Origin: an uncultured Granulicatella sp.
GTDB taxonomy: Bacteria > Bacillota > Bacilli > Lactobacillales > Aerococcaceae
NCBI GenBank assembly: GCA_963535215.1
Contig: CAUSWE010000005.1
Location: 3,077-67,076, forward strand
Direction of reading: 5' to 3'
Length of the DNA: 64,000 nucleotides
In this document: piece by piece, positions 52,412 to 62,633 of the stretch
How the letters are laid out: each line of letters opens with the position of its first letter
How positions within the stretch are numbered: position 1 is the stretch's first letter
Program-made: the position numbers and the translations under genes
The notes under the pieces: generated by a model
The model's input: the letters and a program-made list of their open reading frames with translations, nothing else
What the model was told of the DNA's origin: nothing
Database searches by the model: none

Positions 52412-52873
52412 CTACTTATACTTTAAACTGGTTAATATATTTTTCATCATATTACTACGAAGTTGATCACTACATTGCTCTGCTTCCGTTAATGATTCTT
52501 TCGACATTGCAATATTCAATAATTGTGCTTCTCTTTTTGAGAGGAGCTCATTATCATACAGATTTTGTAAAATATGATTGGCTTGTTTCAACGATAATTC
52601 TTCAGGAACTACTTCTAATAAGGCATCAATAATATCCATATCATCGACTAAATTGACTTTCATAATACGGATATAACCACCACCACCACGTTTACTTTCA
52701 ACGACATATCCTTGTTGAACCGTAAAACGAGTATTAATAACATAATTAATTTGTGATGGAACACAATTGAAACGATCTGCAATTTCACTTCGGCGAATCT
52801 CAACTTTCTCTTGTGCTAATAAGACGTTTTTTAAATATTCTTCAATAATATCCGACATATTTGACGGTTGCAT
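52412..52873 (-). CDS. ctsR: Class III heat-shock repressor
   Basis: VPSQINYVINTRF, ESKRGGGGYIRI motifs. Confidence 0.97.
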   Translation of the reverse strand: MQPSNMSDIIEEYLKNVLLAQEKVEIRRSEIADRFNCVPSQINYVINTRFTVQQGYVVESKRGGGGYIRIMKVNLVDDMDIIDALLEVVPEELSLKQANHILQNLYDNELLSKREAQLLNIAMSKESLTEAEQCSDQLRSNMMKNILTSLKYK

Positions 52874-52889
52874 ACGAACTCTCCTCTCT

Positions 52890-52938
52890 TTTGACTTTCT
52901 TTGACTTTAATTATACAAAATAAATTTCTCTTTGCCAA
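52890..52938 (-). promoter_or_regulatory. ctsR promoter and CtsR box
   Basis: TTGGCA-17 bp-TATAAT, followed by AGTCAAA-GAA-AGTCAAA. Confidence 0.88.
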
Positions 52939-53038
52939 TAAAAAGTACTCAATCTGCGAAAATTTGTTAAATTTATTTCAAAAAATCCTGCCAGTGATTT
53001 CTCACCAACAGGATTTATCTTAAAAATATTTTTATCAT

Positions 53039-54379
53039 TTACGTTAAATTTGGAAATGAATATCCCAAATCTTCTAATTCTTGAAACACAGCAGAGATGA
53101 TTTCTTTTCTTACTTCATTTTCTTTTAAATGTTTCTTTAACTCATTAGTAGTAGCCTTTGAATTTTTAGCTAAAAATATCACTGTCGCAATCATCGCATT
53201 TTGAAATTCTTCTAATTCTTTTCCTACAAACGGAGCTCTTTTAGCCTCTTCATGAAAATCTCTAAATTCACGAAGTTCTTCCATTGAATTAAACTCATTA
53301 AAATCATCAAGATCATCGAAATCATAATACGGATCATCAGAAGTTATCAAGTGAAAGAGTTCTTCATGAGAATACATATCAATCACAGATGTTTCTGTAC
53401 TAATTTCAAACGGAATTTTAAAAATGTCCATCATTGGATCTAAGCATTCCTTCAAGAATGGAGCAAAAACTCCTCTTGTCACCCATCTTTCCGGAGTCAT
53501 TGGTACATCATTATAAAAACCTAATAACGCATTTTGGATAAATTCAGGATCTAATTTATACATCGGCTCAATGAGTGCTATTTCCATATCCGTTGTAATG
53601 ATTAGAATATATTGAGGGCCGTTTTTCTCATCATCACCATAAAAATGAGATGGAGAAAGCATTAAACGTATTTCAAATGTATCAGGTACTGATACTTGAA
53701 TACCTTTTTTTACACGATAAAGGGATAATTCTGGCACATACAGTTTTGGTTTTTCTCCTTTATATCCAATAAATTCTTCGTAAGTTAGTTCTTCCTCGAA
53801 GTGAAGAACATCTCCTTGTTCATAGACACTTTCTTGTTTTTTTGGATTGTACGTAATCTTTGGTAACGTATTTCTTTCAGTTGGTTTTGTTGTAGAAGCA
53901 AGTAATGCAAGATTTCCTTCTTGTATTAACCAGTCTAATACTTTTTTACAAAAATTCATTTCTGACACTTTTAAATCTCTGGATAATAATTTAGAATCAT
54001 TTAAACTGAAAATTAATGGATATAATTTCTTTCTTTTACGAGTAATCCCTAAGTCTCTTAATGTCATTTTTTGACTTTTTGGAATAAACTCTAATGGGAC
54101 AAAGACGATTTGAATTCCTTTACGTAATCCTTCAATTTCATCTAAATCTTCTTCCGTTTCAGCTAGTGCAACAATAGCTTCTTCAGCTTTCATTCTATGT
54201 TGATATTCTCGAACAGTTTTATGGAAAAATGCCGCAAATTGCCCTTCCTTATTATGCATTAATTGGACAATAAATTGTACTTTTCCGGCTTTATTACAAA
54301 CTGCTGCTACCATAAAATCATTCTCAAATTGTGTTAATGCTTCTTGAACTTGATATAATCCATTATAAATCTCTTTCAC
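53039..54379 (-). CDS. Hypothetical cytoplasmic protein (446 aa)
   Basis: Long ORF, GTG start behind ggagtga, own terminator (52983-53016). No recognised motif. Confidence 0.75.
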   Translation of the reverse strand: MKEIYNGLYQVQEALTQFENDFMVAAVCNKAGKVQFIVQLMHNKEGQFAAFFHKTVREYQHRMKAEEAIVALAETEEDLDEIEGLRKGIQIVFVPLEFIPKSQKMTLRDLGITRKRKKLYPLIFSLNDSKLLSRDLKVSEMNFCKKVLDWLIQEGNLALLASTTKPTERNTLPKITYNPKKQESVYEQGDVLHFEEELTYEEFIGYKGEKPKLYVPELSLYRVKKGIQVSVPDTFEIRLMLSPSHFYGDDEKNGPQYILIITTDMEIALIEPMYKLDPEFIQNALLGFYNDVPMTPERWVTRGVFAPFLKECLDPMMDIFKIPFEISTETSVIDMYSHEELFHLITSDDPYYDFDDLDDFNEFNSMEELREFRDFHEEAKRAPFVGKELEEFQNAMIATVIFLAKNSKATTNELKKHLKENEVRKEIISAVFQELEDLGYSFPNLT

Positions 54380-54441
54380 TATTCTTCACTCCCACTTCTT
54401 TATTCAATGTTATTGTACTATGCTTTTATCAAAAAGACTAT

Positions 54442-54483
54442 AAAATACACCGACTGAAAATAATTTCAATCGGTGTATTTTTT
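54442..54483 (-). terminator. Terminator after the adhesin gene
   Basis: aaaatacaccga/tcggtgtatttt inverted repeat. Confidence 0.8.
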
Positions 54484-54546
54484 AGAAATTTGAACAAACA
54501 TAACCATTCAACGATTCATCTCGTTTTTATTTGTCAGAATTTCTTT

Positions 54547-57500
54547 CTACTCTTCATCTTTTTTCTTTCCTTGCGTTGGAATAACTAATCCTAATCCTGA
54601 AAGGATTGCTAATACAGCAGGAGTAAAGAATTCAACTTCAGAAGTTCCTGTATTTGGTAATTCTTGTTTTAAAACTGGAGTTGTTATTGATTGTTCCGTT
54701 TCACCACTTAATTTATCTGATACAGTTGTTTTTTCTGACGTTGAAGATTGTTCTTGATTTCTAGGATTTTCAACTTCAGATGGAGCTGTTTCAAATTTCT
54801 TATAATGGTGAACTTTATTCCCATTAGCATCTGTTGTCGTTTCAATAAATTCGTATCCTTCAAGAACTTTTGATTCTTTCACACCTTCTTCAGGAGTAGA
54901 AATATCCTTACCATTTTCATCTACAAAATGAGTCGTAACTTTTGTAGTTGGTGTTGATGGAGTAGGATTTGGTGTTGTCGTAACTTTCACTGGAACGTTA
55001 ACCGTTATACGTTTTCCACCTGGTAATTCAATCAACACTGGAATACTTGGTCTATCACCCGGAATATCTGTAGATGGTTTATCTCCAATTTCGATAATTT
55101 TCCCACCTTCTGGAATTTGGATATGTTTTTCAACATCTTCATCTGTAATTGGATCACCAAGTTTCTTCTCGATTCCCTTCACTGGTGTTACGTTTACTGG
55201 TACTTCCACTGTTATTACTTTTCCATTTGGTAATTCTACCGTTACTTTAACTGGGTCTTTCTTACCTGGTGTTGTTAAATCTGGAATATTTTCCACTTTC
55301 GTTACTTTGCCACCTTCTGGCACTTTAACATATTTGGCAATATCCTCTTTTGTTAAAGGTGTATTCGTTACAGGTGTTTCAATTGGTGTAGGTTTCGCTT
55401 CTACTACTTTAATCGTTGCTGGAACTTCTACCAATACTTTACCATCTTTATCCTTAACAACTACCGTTACTGGTTTATCCCCAACAGTTGTTGCATCAAA
55501 TGGCTCTTTTTGTCCATCTGGAATTTTATATTCAAATGTTGAACCTTCTGGATAATCACTTGGAGTAATATTATCTCTTGCTTGTGGTTTTTCAGTTGGA
55601 TTTACAGGAATTAATTGTTCTTTTCCTTCCACTACTTTAACTTTAGCTGGTACTTCAACAAGTGTGTCATCTCCATCTTTTGCAACAACGACTACATCTT
55701 TTTCGCCTGGTCTTGTTGTATCCACTGGAGTCTTATATCCAAAGGTAATTTCATCTGGATATTGTTCTGGATCAATACTCTTAGATGCATCTGGTTGTTT
55801 ATTAGATTTATCTATTGGTACATATTGTGTTTTAGGTTCTACAACCATTACTTTTGCAGGGATTTTCGCAATGACTTTATCTCCAACTTTTGCTACTACG
55901 ACAACATCTTTTTCTCCTGGTGTTGTTGTGTCTACTGGAGTTTCATAAGTAAACTCTGTATCTTTAGGGAATACTTTAGGGTCAATACTTCCTTCAACAG
56001 CTGGTTGTTTTTTATCTTTATCTACTGGTACAAATTGTGGATAACTTTCTACAACACGTACAGTTGCAGGGACTTCTGCAATAGGATTACCATCTTTATC
56101 TTTTACAATGACATTGACTGTGTAATCACCAGGTCTTGTAGTATCTACTGGAGCTTTTGGATCATATTCAAATGTTGAACCATCTGGATATTCTGTTTTA
56201 TCAATACTATTTTCTGGATTTGGTTGTTTATTATTTTCATCCACTGGAACAATTTGTGGAACTCCCTCTACAACAGTAACAGGAACTTTAACCACCGTTG
56301 TTTTTTCTTCTCCACCAACAGTGTATTTGACAGTAACATTTACATCCGTATCATCTGATAAATCTGGATTGTCTACATTTTCGTCAATACTTACATTAGT
56401 AACATTTTCTGGAAGTTTTCCTTTAAAAGTACCGTCTGCAATAGCTTCTTTCGCTTTAGCAAGAGCTTTTTCTTTTGCTTTTTCCTTATCGCTATCTTTT
56501 GCAACAAAAATTCCTTTTGGTGTTGGTTTTGGTAAAACTGTTACTTTAACTTTTACTGGTTCTGTTAAAGTTTCTCCATTTTGATCCGTATAAGTTACTG
56601 GAACAGTTACTTCTTTCACACCTGGTTTAGCTGTAATATCTTTTGCTAAATCTTTAGGTTCACCTTTCGTTCCATTTTTCCCTGGAGTGACCGCATCCGT
56701 TATATCCTTAGTAGTCAATTCATCTCCTTCAAATACAACTTTAGATGCTGAATTTGAACCAACTACATTAACAGGAACTTCTACATTCACAGAAATGTCA
56801 TCAATCACTTTTCCAGTAGTGTTATCTCTATATTTAACCGTAACAGTAACTGGAGTTTGTTGACCGTTTTGATTTGTTTTTGGAGTAACAATCACATCAT
56901 CTGTTACAAATGGAGTTACCCCTTCAGGAACATTTTTCAATCCAGTAATTGCTTTATTAACATCTGCTCGAATAGCATCAATTAATTTTTCATTTGATGT
57001 ACCGTTTAAGACTGTAACGCCTTTAGGAACTGGTTTTGGAAGAACTTTAACCGTCCCTTCAACCGTCTCATCACGTTTAAATTGATTTGCTCCATACGTA
57101 ACCGTTACTGGAACTTTAATCTCTTGCCCTGCTTTTCCATTAGTAGAAATATTGCTGACATCAGGATTTGTAACTTTACCGTCCTTACCAGGTGTAACTG
57201 CTCCTCCTACTTTTTCTGCAGATGGCTTATCCCCTTCAACTACATATACAGTTTTTGCGGTTGATACACGAGGTTGAAGTTTAATCGTAAATTCTTGAGT
57301 AATATTGTCATCCGTATCTTTCTTCGTATCGAATACTGGGTCTTTATCAAATGGATTGTCGACGATATCATATCCCATTGTTTTCAATACATCGATATGA
57401 GTTTGTACATCACTTTCAGGAATTGTTTCACCTGATTTACCAGTTAGAGTCAATGCATGGTCGGTTAATTCAGTTTCAGTTTGAGTTTTTGGATCTACAG

Positions 57501-60500
57501 AAACGAATTTAACTTTTGCTTTTTGATCATCTTTTTCATACGTAATCTTAATGTTTGCTTTTGGATCCGTAATTTTTGGTGGTTTATAACCTTGTTCTGG
57601 ATTTGCAGGATTTACTGGAACTAATGGTGTACCATTTCCATCTTTTGGAGTATATCCATCTTTATGAGGAATAATTTGTGTAATTTCTCCAGTCTTCGTC
57701 GGATCTTTTGGATCATTAGGGAATGGAATTGGATCCCCATCTTTACCTGTTGTTGGGTCTACTGGAATCCAGCTTCCAATCTTCGTATACGTTACTTTAT
57801 CAGTTTCATCAGGAATTACTTTTGTATCTTTTGCAGGAGTTGCTGCTTCTTTTGCTGGAATTTCTTTCTTATCAGCAATATATCCTGGTAGAACATCTAC
57901 TCCAACTTTATCCCATGTTTTATTTGTACTTTCCCAATCTGTATATGTTACTTTTTTAGTAACAAGATTAACAGTCGCTTTTCTTGTGAATGATACGTTT
58001 TGAATTGTTTCATCTTTCGCTTTTTCTTCAGTTGCTATATCTGATTCTTTCTTCACATATGAAATGACACGTTTTGCAGTTGTGTTCAAATCAGATTCAG
58101 CTAATCCCTCAGGCCATTTCAAATCTGGTGTATCTCCATTTGGATCAACTGGACTATCTTTTTCATGAGGTGTTGATGAAGGTACTTCAACGATTCTAGG
58201 TTTAACAACAATCTTAAATGTTTGAGAAGGGGCTGATGTACCATCTTGTGCATTGATATCTTCCTTATCATCAAAGGTTGGATGATGATTATCTTGAGTA
58301 TGATATTCATCACTTTCTACTTCATAACCTTGGTTTTTAAGTTCTTTGATTTTGTTATCAATTTCTGTACTTGTTGGTAATTCTGAACCAGATTTACCAG
58401 TTAAATCAACGCTAGAAACTACCTCATTTGCAGCTCCATCAACTTTCTTCTCAATGACTACTTTAGCTGTTTGAGTAGATGGTGTGTACGTAATTGGTGA
58501 TTCACCGAATTTATCCGTTGGTGTAAATCCATCCGGCACTTTATACCCTTGACTTGGGTCATTAGGATTTTTCGGAGTTAATTCTTTTCCGTTATATACT
58601 GGAGTATATCCTGATACATAAGGAATAGTTACAGTACTAAAATCACCTGGAACTGTTGGGTCAGTCGGATTATTTGGATAAGGAATTTTATCTTGAGCAC
58701 CATTTGGTTTCTTACCATCAGGATATTTAGGGATAAATGAACCAATTTCTTTATAAAGAACTTTAGTAACTTCTGGAGTAACTGTTCCATCTTCTCCAGG
58801 AACTGGTGCTTCTTTTTCAGCTACTGTTTTATCTGTCGCATTTACTAATAAGTAATTTTCTACTACTGGTGATTCAACAGCATTGAATTTACCTTTTGTT
58901 CCGTCAGCTGTAGCATCTGTTAATTTATCCGCTTCATTGTAAACTTCCCAATCAGAGTATGTTACTTCTTTTGTTTCAGGGTTCACTGTTGCTGTACGTT
59001 TATAAGTTACTTTTTGTACTTTTTCAGATTTTAGTCCCATTGCATCAGCCTTATTAGCATCTTCTTCTTTTAGATACTTAATGGTACGTGTCACTTCTTT
59101 TACTAAATCTTCACGTGTCAATCCTGCTGGATATTTACCAAGATTTTCATCTCCTTCTTTTACAGGTGTATCTGCTGTTTTTGGAGATACTGGAGATGTT
59201 GTACTTGGATTTGTTGGGTCAGTTGTTACTGTTGGGTCTACTGTAATTAAATCTAACACGTGTACTGTTACATCGGTTTCTGTTGATTTCTTACCTTCAC
59301 TATCAGTTGATTGAACTTTTACAGTGTAATTTCCAACTTTAGTTGTGTCTAGGTTCCCTGCATCACTTACTGCGATGGTTGGTTTAGTAGAATCAACACC
59401 ATCACGATCATCTTCAAGGTCTGTTGCTGATGGAACAGCTTTTTCTAATACTTTTTTATTTGTCCATTTATCGGCTTCTTTAGTTTTATAAACATATAAA
59501 TCTTTTTTCTCAACAGCTACTGTTGGAGCATCATTTACAATATTACTATTCGCCACATCCGAATCGTTACCAACTGGAGATGTTGCTGTTACAGCAATTT
59601 TATCAATCCCTGCAAGTCCGTGTAAATTGATGTCATCTCCTAAAGTAACTTTAAGCTTCCCATCAATAAGTTCTAATTTATTATCACCTCGATACCAACC
59701 ATCATCTTTCTTAACAAGTTCAATTTTTTTATTATCTGGCAAAGTAATATTTATTTTTTTCCCGACTTCATTTTCTAATTCGAAATTCTTTTTAATCTCT
59801 GCAACTTTTTCACTCAATTCGTTATCGCTCAAAGTTACCCCATTATTTTTGGCTACTCGTAAAATATTTTCTTTAATTTGTTCTTCTGTTGGCGTAAGAG
59901 ATCCAACAGTATCACCAGTAGAAACCAATAAATATCTTTCCTGATTATTATCTTTTTTATCTCCAACAATTCTATCCGTATGAACTTCTTCTACAGTGGG
60001 TGCCTTGGGTTTCCGTGCATCAATATAAATGGTTCTATTGTAGTAGTAATCTGGATTGTCTGACCATCTTAAGCCGTTAGAATTATAATTTTCCTCGGTA
60101 CTATACATACCACCAGTTCCATTTATCTTCCAGCTATACAGAGAATTTCCTTCAGCATCAACTCCACCGAATCCACCAGTACCTGATACTTCAAACGTGG
60201 CATCTCCCACATAGTCATCTTTTGTAATAAATGGAATTGAAAATTTACGTGATGTTTTACCAGTCGCTTGTAAATTATTTTTACCATATTGAACAGCATT
60301 TAAGTTCATACTTAATGTACGAGTTGCCGCATCATAACGAACATTCGTTAAATATCCTTGATCAGTCCAAATATTCTCACCATTAGCTTTTGATAAATCT
60401 AATTTTTCATAATTCGTTTTACTAACTGTTCCTAATTCAACACCTTCTGGAACTTTTACTTTAATATTAAATGTTCCTCCATAAGGGAATGTATTCTCCA

Positions 60501-62412
60501 TTCCTCCAACATTTTTAAGTTCAAGATTTAGTTTCCCTTCTTGTGAACGTTTATATAATTTATCTTTGGTATAACCATACTCCCCAGTTTTACCATTACT
60601 TGTAACATTACTTGTTAACTGCATACCTGGTCCAGTAGCAACACCAACTCCACCAATTAAGAAACCGTCCTCTACACCTTTAAATTGTCCATCATCATTT
60701 GCTGTAATCGTAATTTTTACTCTACTAGTTCCCTCTGGAATCGCAAAAAGTCTTGATAGATTATTCCAACCATCTGCTGGAGTTCCATATCCAGATGATG
60801 CAGGTCTATTTGTTGCTGTATCTGGAGCCTGACCATTTTTCATTGGAACTGATGCAATTTTCTTACCAGTATAAGCATCCGTTACTTCAACTTTAACTTC
60901 TTCTCCTCCGTTAGACAAAGCTGCCTTTCCATATGCCCCGTTATGAATCAAATTAAAGAATAATTGAGAATTTGGATTGACATCATATTCTTTGGATAAA
61001 GTTACTCCTTTGCTACCTAATTCTAAATAGTAATCTCTATTAGCTACACTACCCTTATCAGGATTTTTCATTCCATCTAGGGTTGGTAATCCTCCTAAAA
61101 ACTTACCACTAGCATTTGGTTGTTCTTGTGTAGCCGTTGTAGTAGTTATTTTTCCATTATTATCATATGCTTTAGCACTCTTAGGCTTTTCAGTTCTTTC
61201 GGTTCCTAAGGTATAATCTGTTGGTTCTTCTGGTTTAACTGCATGGATATAATCTTTAGTTCCTCCAATTTTCCAACCATTCAACATTCCATTTTCTGCA
61301 TCTGTTGCTGTTATTTTCTTTGTTTTCCAATGATAAGTCACTTTCCCGTAATGCTTACCGCTTTGTAAATTATTTACTTGATCTTCAATTGTTTTACTTT
61401 TAGATTCCACAGAAGTCCCGGTAAAATCCATTTCACCAAAACCGTTTTTTAAATTTTCAAAAACTCCATTTGCTGGGTTATTTCCATATCCTGCTTTATT
61501 ATTATTAATTGGAGCTCCCCAGTTTTCGGAACGACTTAAATAATAGCCCAATTTGTCTTTCTCTTGTTTAATTTTTGTCCATTCAGCTTGTAAATTTTGT
61601 TCAGTTTCACTATTATTCGTTGATGTATTAGTTGCATTTCGTTTAACTTCTTCAGCTTTGTTAACTATTGCCTTTAAAATATCTAATTTTTCTTTATTTT
61701 TCTTTCCTTCACCAAGGGATTCTTCTTTAGTAATTTCAACTTTTATTTTTTCAATCTCAGTAGTAAGTTCAGCGTTTAGTGCAGTTATTTTTTCACGATA
61801 ATTTGTCCCACTCGTTGTCCCCGCTGCCTCTCTAAACCCACTTTCCCCATTACCAGGAATCGCTTGTCTATTACGTGGGTCATTATTTTTAGGTTGTTTT
61901 TCTTGTTTACCAGTAGTTTTAATACTATTCAAAATCGTTATTTGACTTGATAATTGTTTTGTCAATGAGTTAACTTTCTCTTGCGTTTTTGTTGCATCTG
62001 ATAATAATTCTTGTGCCTTTCGTACAAGTTCTTTTGAAGCATCAATCACAGATTTTGTTTGTTTTGTTTCTGGTAATTCTCCTAATTTTGCCTCAACTTT
62101 AGACACTAGATTTTCTAATTCATCCGTTTGAACTTTGTTCGTTACTTCTGTTGCTGGAGAATTAACAGCTTTTTCATTTGTTGTAGCACGATTTTCTAAA
62201 GTAGCTTTTTCTTCAGGTTTTATTAAAGATTCAACTTGAACATTTCTTTCCACTTCATCCGCTTGGACTTGAGGATTTCCAATCATTAAAAATCCTGCTG
62301 AAATAGCAACACTTGCTACCCCAACTGTAAACTTACGAATTCCATATCGTAAATATCGTTGTGCTTGAATGGCTCTTAGACCTTGTTTTTTATTCATTTT
62401 CTTCTCCTTCAT
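54547..62412 (-). CDS. Giant sortase-anchored adhesin (YSIRK-type signal, MucBP-like and Rib/alpha-like repeats, LPNTG)
   Basis: YGIRKFTVGVASV signal; VTRTIKY/V..VT..VTYSDW mucin-binding-type repeats; PVDTTTPGEKDVVV Rib-like repeats; LPNTG followed by a TM segment and a charged tail. Confidence 0.92.
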   Translation of the reverse strand: MKEKKMNKKQGLRAIQAQRYLRYGIRKFTVGVASVAISAGFLMIGNPQVQADEVERNVQVESLIKPEEKATLENRATTNEKAVNSPATEVTNKVQTDELENLVSKVEAKLGELPETKQTKSVIDASKELVRKAQELLSDATKTQEKVNSLTKQLSSQITILNSIKTTGKQEKQPKNNDPRNRQAIPGNGESGFREAAGTTSGTNYREKITALNAELTTEIEKIKVEITKEESLGEGKKNKEKLDILKAIVNKAEEVKRNATNTSTNNSETEQNLQAEWTKIKQEKDKLGYYLSRSENWGAPINNNKAGYGNNPANGVFENLKNGFGEMDFTGTSVESKSKTIEDQVNNLQSGKHYGKVTYHWKTKKITATDAENGMLNGWKIGGTKDYIHAVKPEEPTDYTLGTERTEKPKSAKAYDNNGKITTTTATQEQPNASGKFLGGLPTLDGMKNPDKGSVANRDYYLELGSKGVTLSKEYDVNPNSQLFFNLIHNGAYGKAALSNGGEEVKVEVTDAYTGKKIASVPMKNGQAPDTATNRPASSGYGTPADGWNNLSRLFAIPEGTSRVKITITANDDGQFKGVEDGFLIGGVGVATGPGMQLTSNVTSNGKTGEYGYTKDKLYKRSQEGKLNLELKNVGGMENTFPYGGTFNIKVKVPEGVELGTVSKTNYEKLDLSKANGENIWTDQGYLTNVRYDAATRTLSMNLNAVQYGKNNLQATGKTSRKFSIPFITKDDYVGDATFEVSGTGGFGGVDAEGNSLYSWKINGTGGMYSTEENYNSNGLRWSDNPDYYYNRTIYIDARKPKAPTVEEVHTDRIVGDKKDNNQERYLLVSTGDTVGSLTPTEEQIKENILRVAKNNGVTLSDNELSEKVAEIKKNFELENEVGKKINITLPDNKKIELVKKDDGWYRGDNKLELIDGKLKVTLGDDINLHGLAGIDKIAVTATSPVGNDSDVANSNIVNDAPTVAVEKKDLYVYKTKEADKWTNKKVLEKAVPSATDLEDDRDGVDSTKPTIAVSDAGNLDTTKVGNYTVKVQSTDSEGKKSTETDVTVHVLDLITVDPTVTTDPTNPSTTSPVSPKTADTPVKEGDENLGKYPAGLTREDLVKEVTRTIKYLKEEDANKADAMGLKSEKVQKVTYKRTATVNPETKEVTYSDWEVYNEADKLTDATADGTKGKFNAVESPVVENYLLVNATDKTVAEKEAPVPGEDGTVTPEVTKVLYKEIGSFIPKYPDGKKPNGAQDKIPYPNNPTDPTVPGDFSTVTIPYVSGYTPVYNGKELTPKNPNDPSQGYKVPDGFTPTDKFGESPITYTPSTQTAKVVIEKKVDGAANEVVSSVDLTGKSGSELPTSTEIDNKIKELKNQGYEVESDEYHTQDNHHPTFDDKEDINAQDGTSAPSQTFKIVVKPRIVEVPSSTPHEKDSPVDPNGDTPDLKWPEGLAESDLNTTAKRVISYVKKESDIATEEKAKDETIQNVSFTRKATVNLVTKKVTYTDWESTNKTWDKVGVDVLPGYIADKKEIPAKEAATPAKDTKVIPDETDKVTYTKIGSWIPVDPTTGKDGDPIPFPNDPKDPTKTGEITQIIPHKDGYTPKDGNGTPLVPVNPANPEQGYKPPKITDPKANIKITYEKDDQKAKVKFVSVDPKTQTETELTDHALTLTGKSGETIPESDVQTHIDVLKTMGYDIVDNPFDKDPVFDTKKDTDDNITQEFTIKLQPRVSTAKTVYVVEGDKPSAEKVGGAVTPGKDGKVTNPDVSNISTNGKAGQEIKVPVTVTYGANQFKRDETVEGTVKVLPKPVPKGVTVLNGTSNEKLIDAIRADVNKAITGLKNVPEGVTPFVTDDVIVTPKTNQNGQQTPVTVTVKYRDNTTGKVIDDISVNVEVPVNVVGSNSASKVVFEGDELTTKDITDAVTPGKNGTKGEPKDLAKDITAKPGVKEVTVPVTYTDQNGETLTEPVKVKVTVLPKPTPKGIFVAKDSDKEKAKEKALAKAKEAIADGTFKGKLPENVTNVSIDENVDNPDLSDDTDVNVTVKYTVGGEEKTTVVKVPVTVVEGVPQIVPVDENNKQPNPENSIDKTEYPDGSTFEYDPKAPVDTTRPGDYTVNVIVKDKDGNPIAEVPATVRVVESYPQFVPVDKDKKQPAVEGSIDPKVFPKDTEFTYETPVDTTTPGEKDVVVVAKVGDKVIAKIPAKVMVVEPKTQYVPIDKSNKQPDASKSIDPEQYPDEITFGYKTPVDTTRPGEKDVVVVAKDGDDTLVEVPAKVKVVEGKEQLIPVNPTEKPQARDNITPSDYPEGSTFEYKIPDGQKEPFDATTVGDKPVTVVVKDKDGKVLVEVPATIKVVEAKPTPIETPVTNTPLTKEDIAKYVKVPEGGKVTKVENIPDLTTPGKKDPVKVTVELPNGKVITVEVPVNVTPVKGIEKKLGDPITDEDVEKHIQIPEGGKIIEIGDKPSTDIPGDRPSIPVLIELPGGKRITVNVPVKVTTTPNPTPSTPTTKVTTHFVDENGKDISTPEEGVKESKVLEGYEFIETTTDANGNKVHHYKKFETAPSEVENPRNQEQSSTSEKTTVSDKLSGETEQSITTPVLKQELPNTGTSEVEFFTPAVLAILSGLGLVIPTQGKKKDEE

Positions 62413-62633
62413 CCCTTCTCTTTATGCTTTTTAAATATATGATTTCATATACTTTACAAGCTAGGCAATCACTTTGAATATAAAAAATATTAAATTTTTC
62501 GCCTTTTTAGCGAAACTATGATATACTAGGTGATTTATTTTGTCAAATAAATCGACTTATCTTTGTGAATTTCAACTGTTTTTGAACAAGAAAAAAGCAC
62601 CTAGAATTTCTTCTAAGTACTTCTTTAAAAAAA

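Noticed and set aside
52400..52412. Absence of mcsA/mcsB between ctsR and clpC
   Set aside because: This is normal for Lactobacillales.
55307..61801. Plus-strand ORFs antisense to the adhesin, and other short antisense ORFs in the track
   Set aside because: They are shadow frames of biased, repetitive coding sequence.
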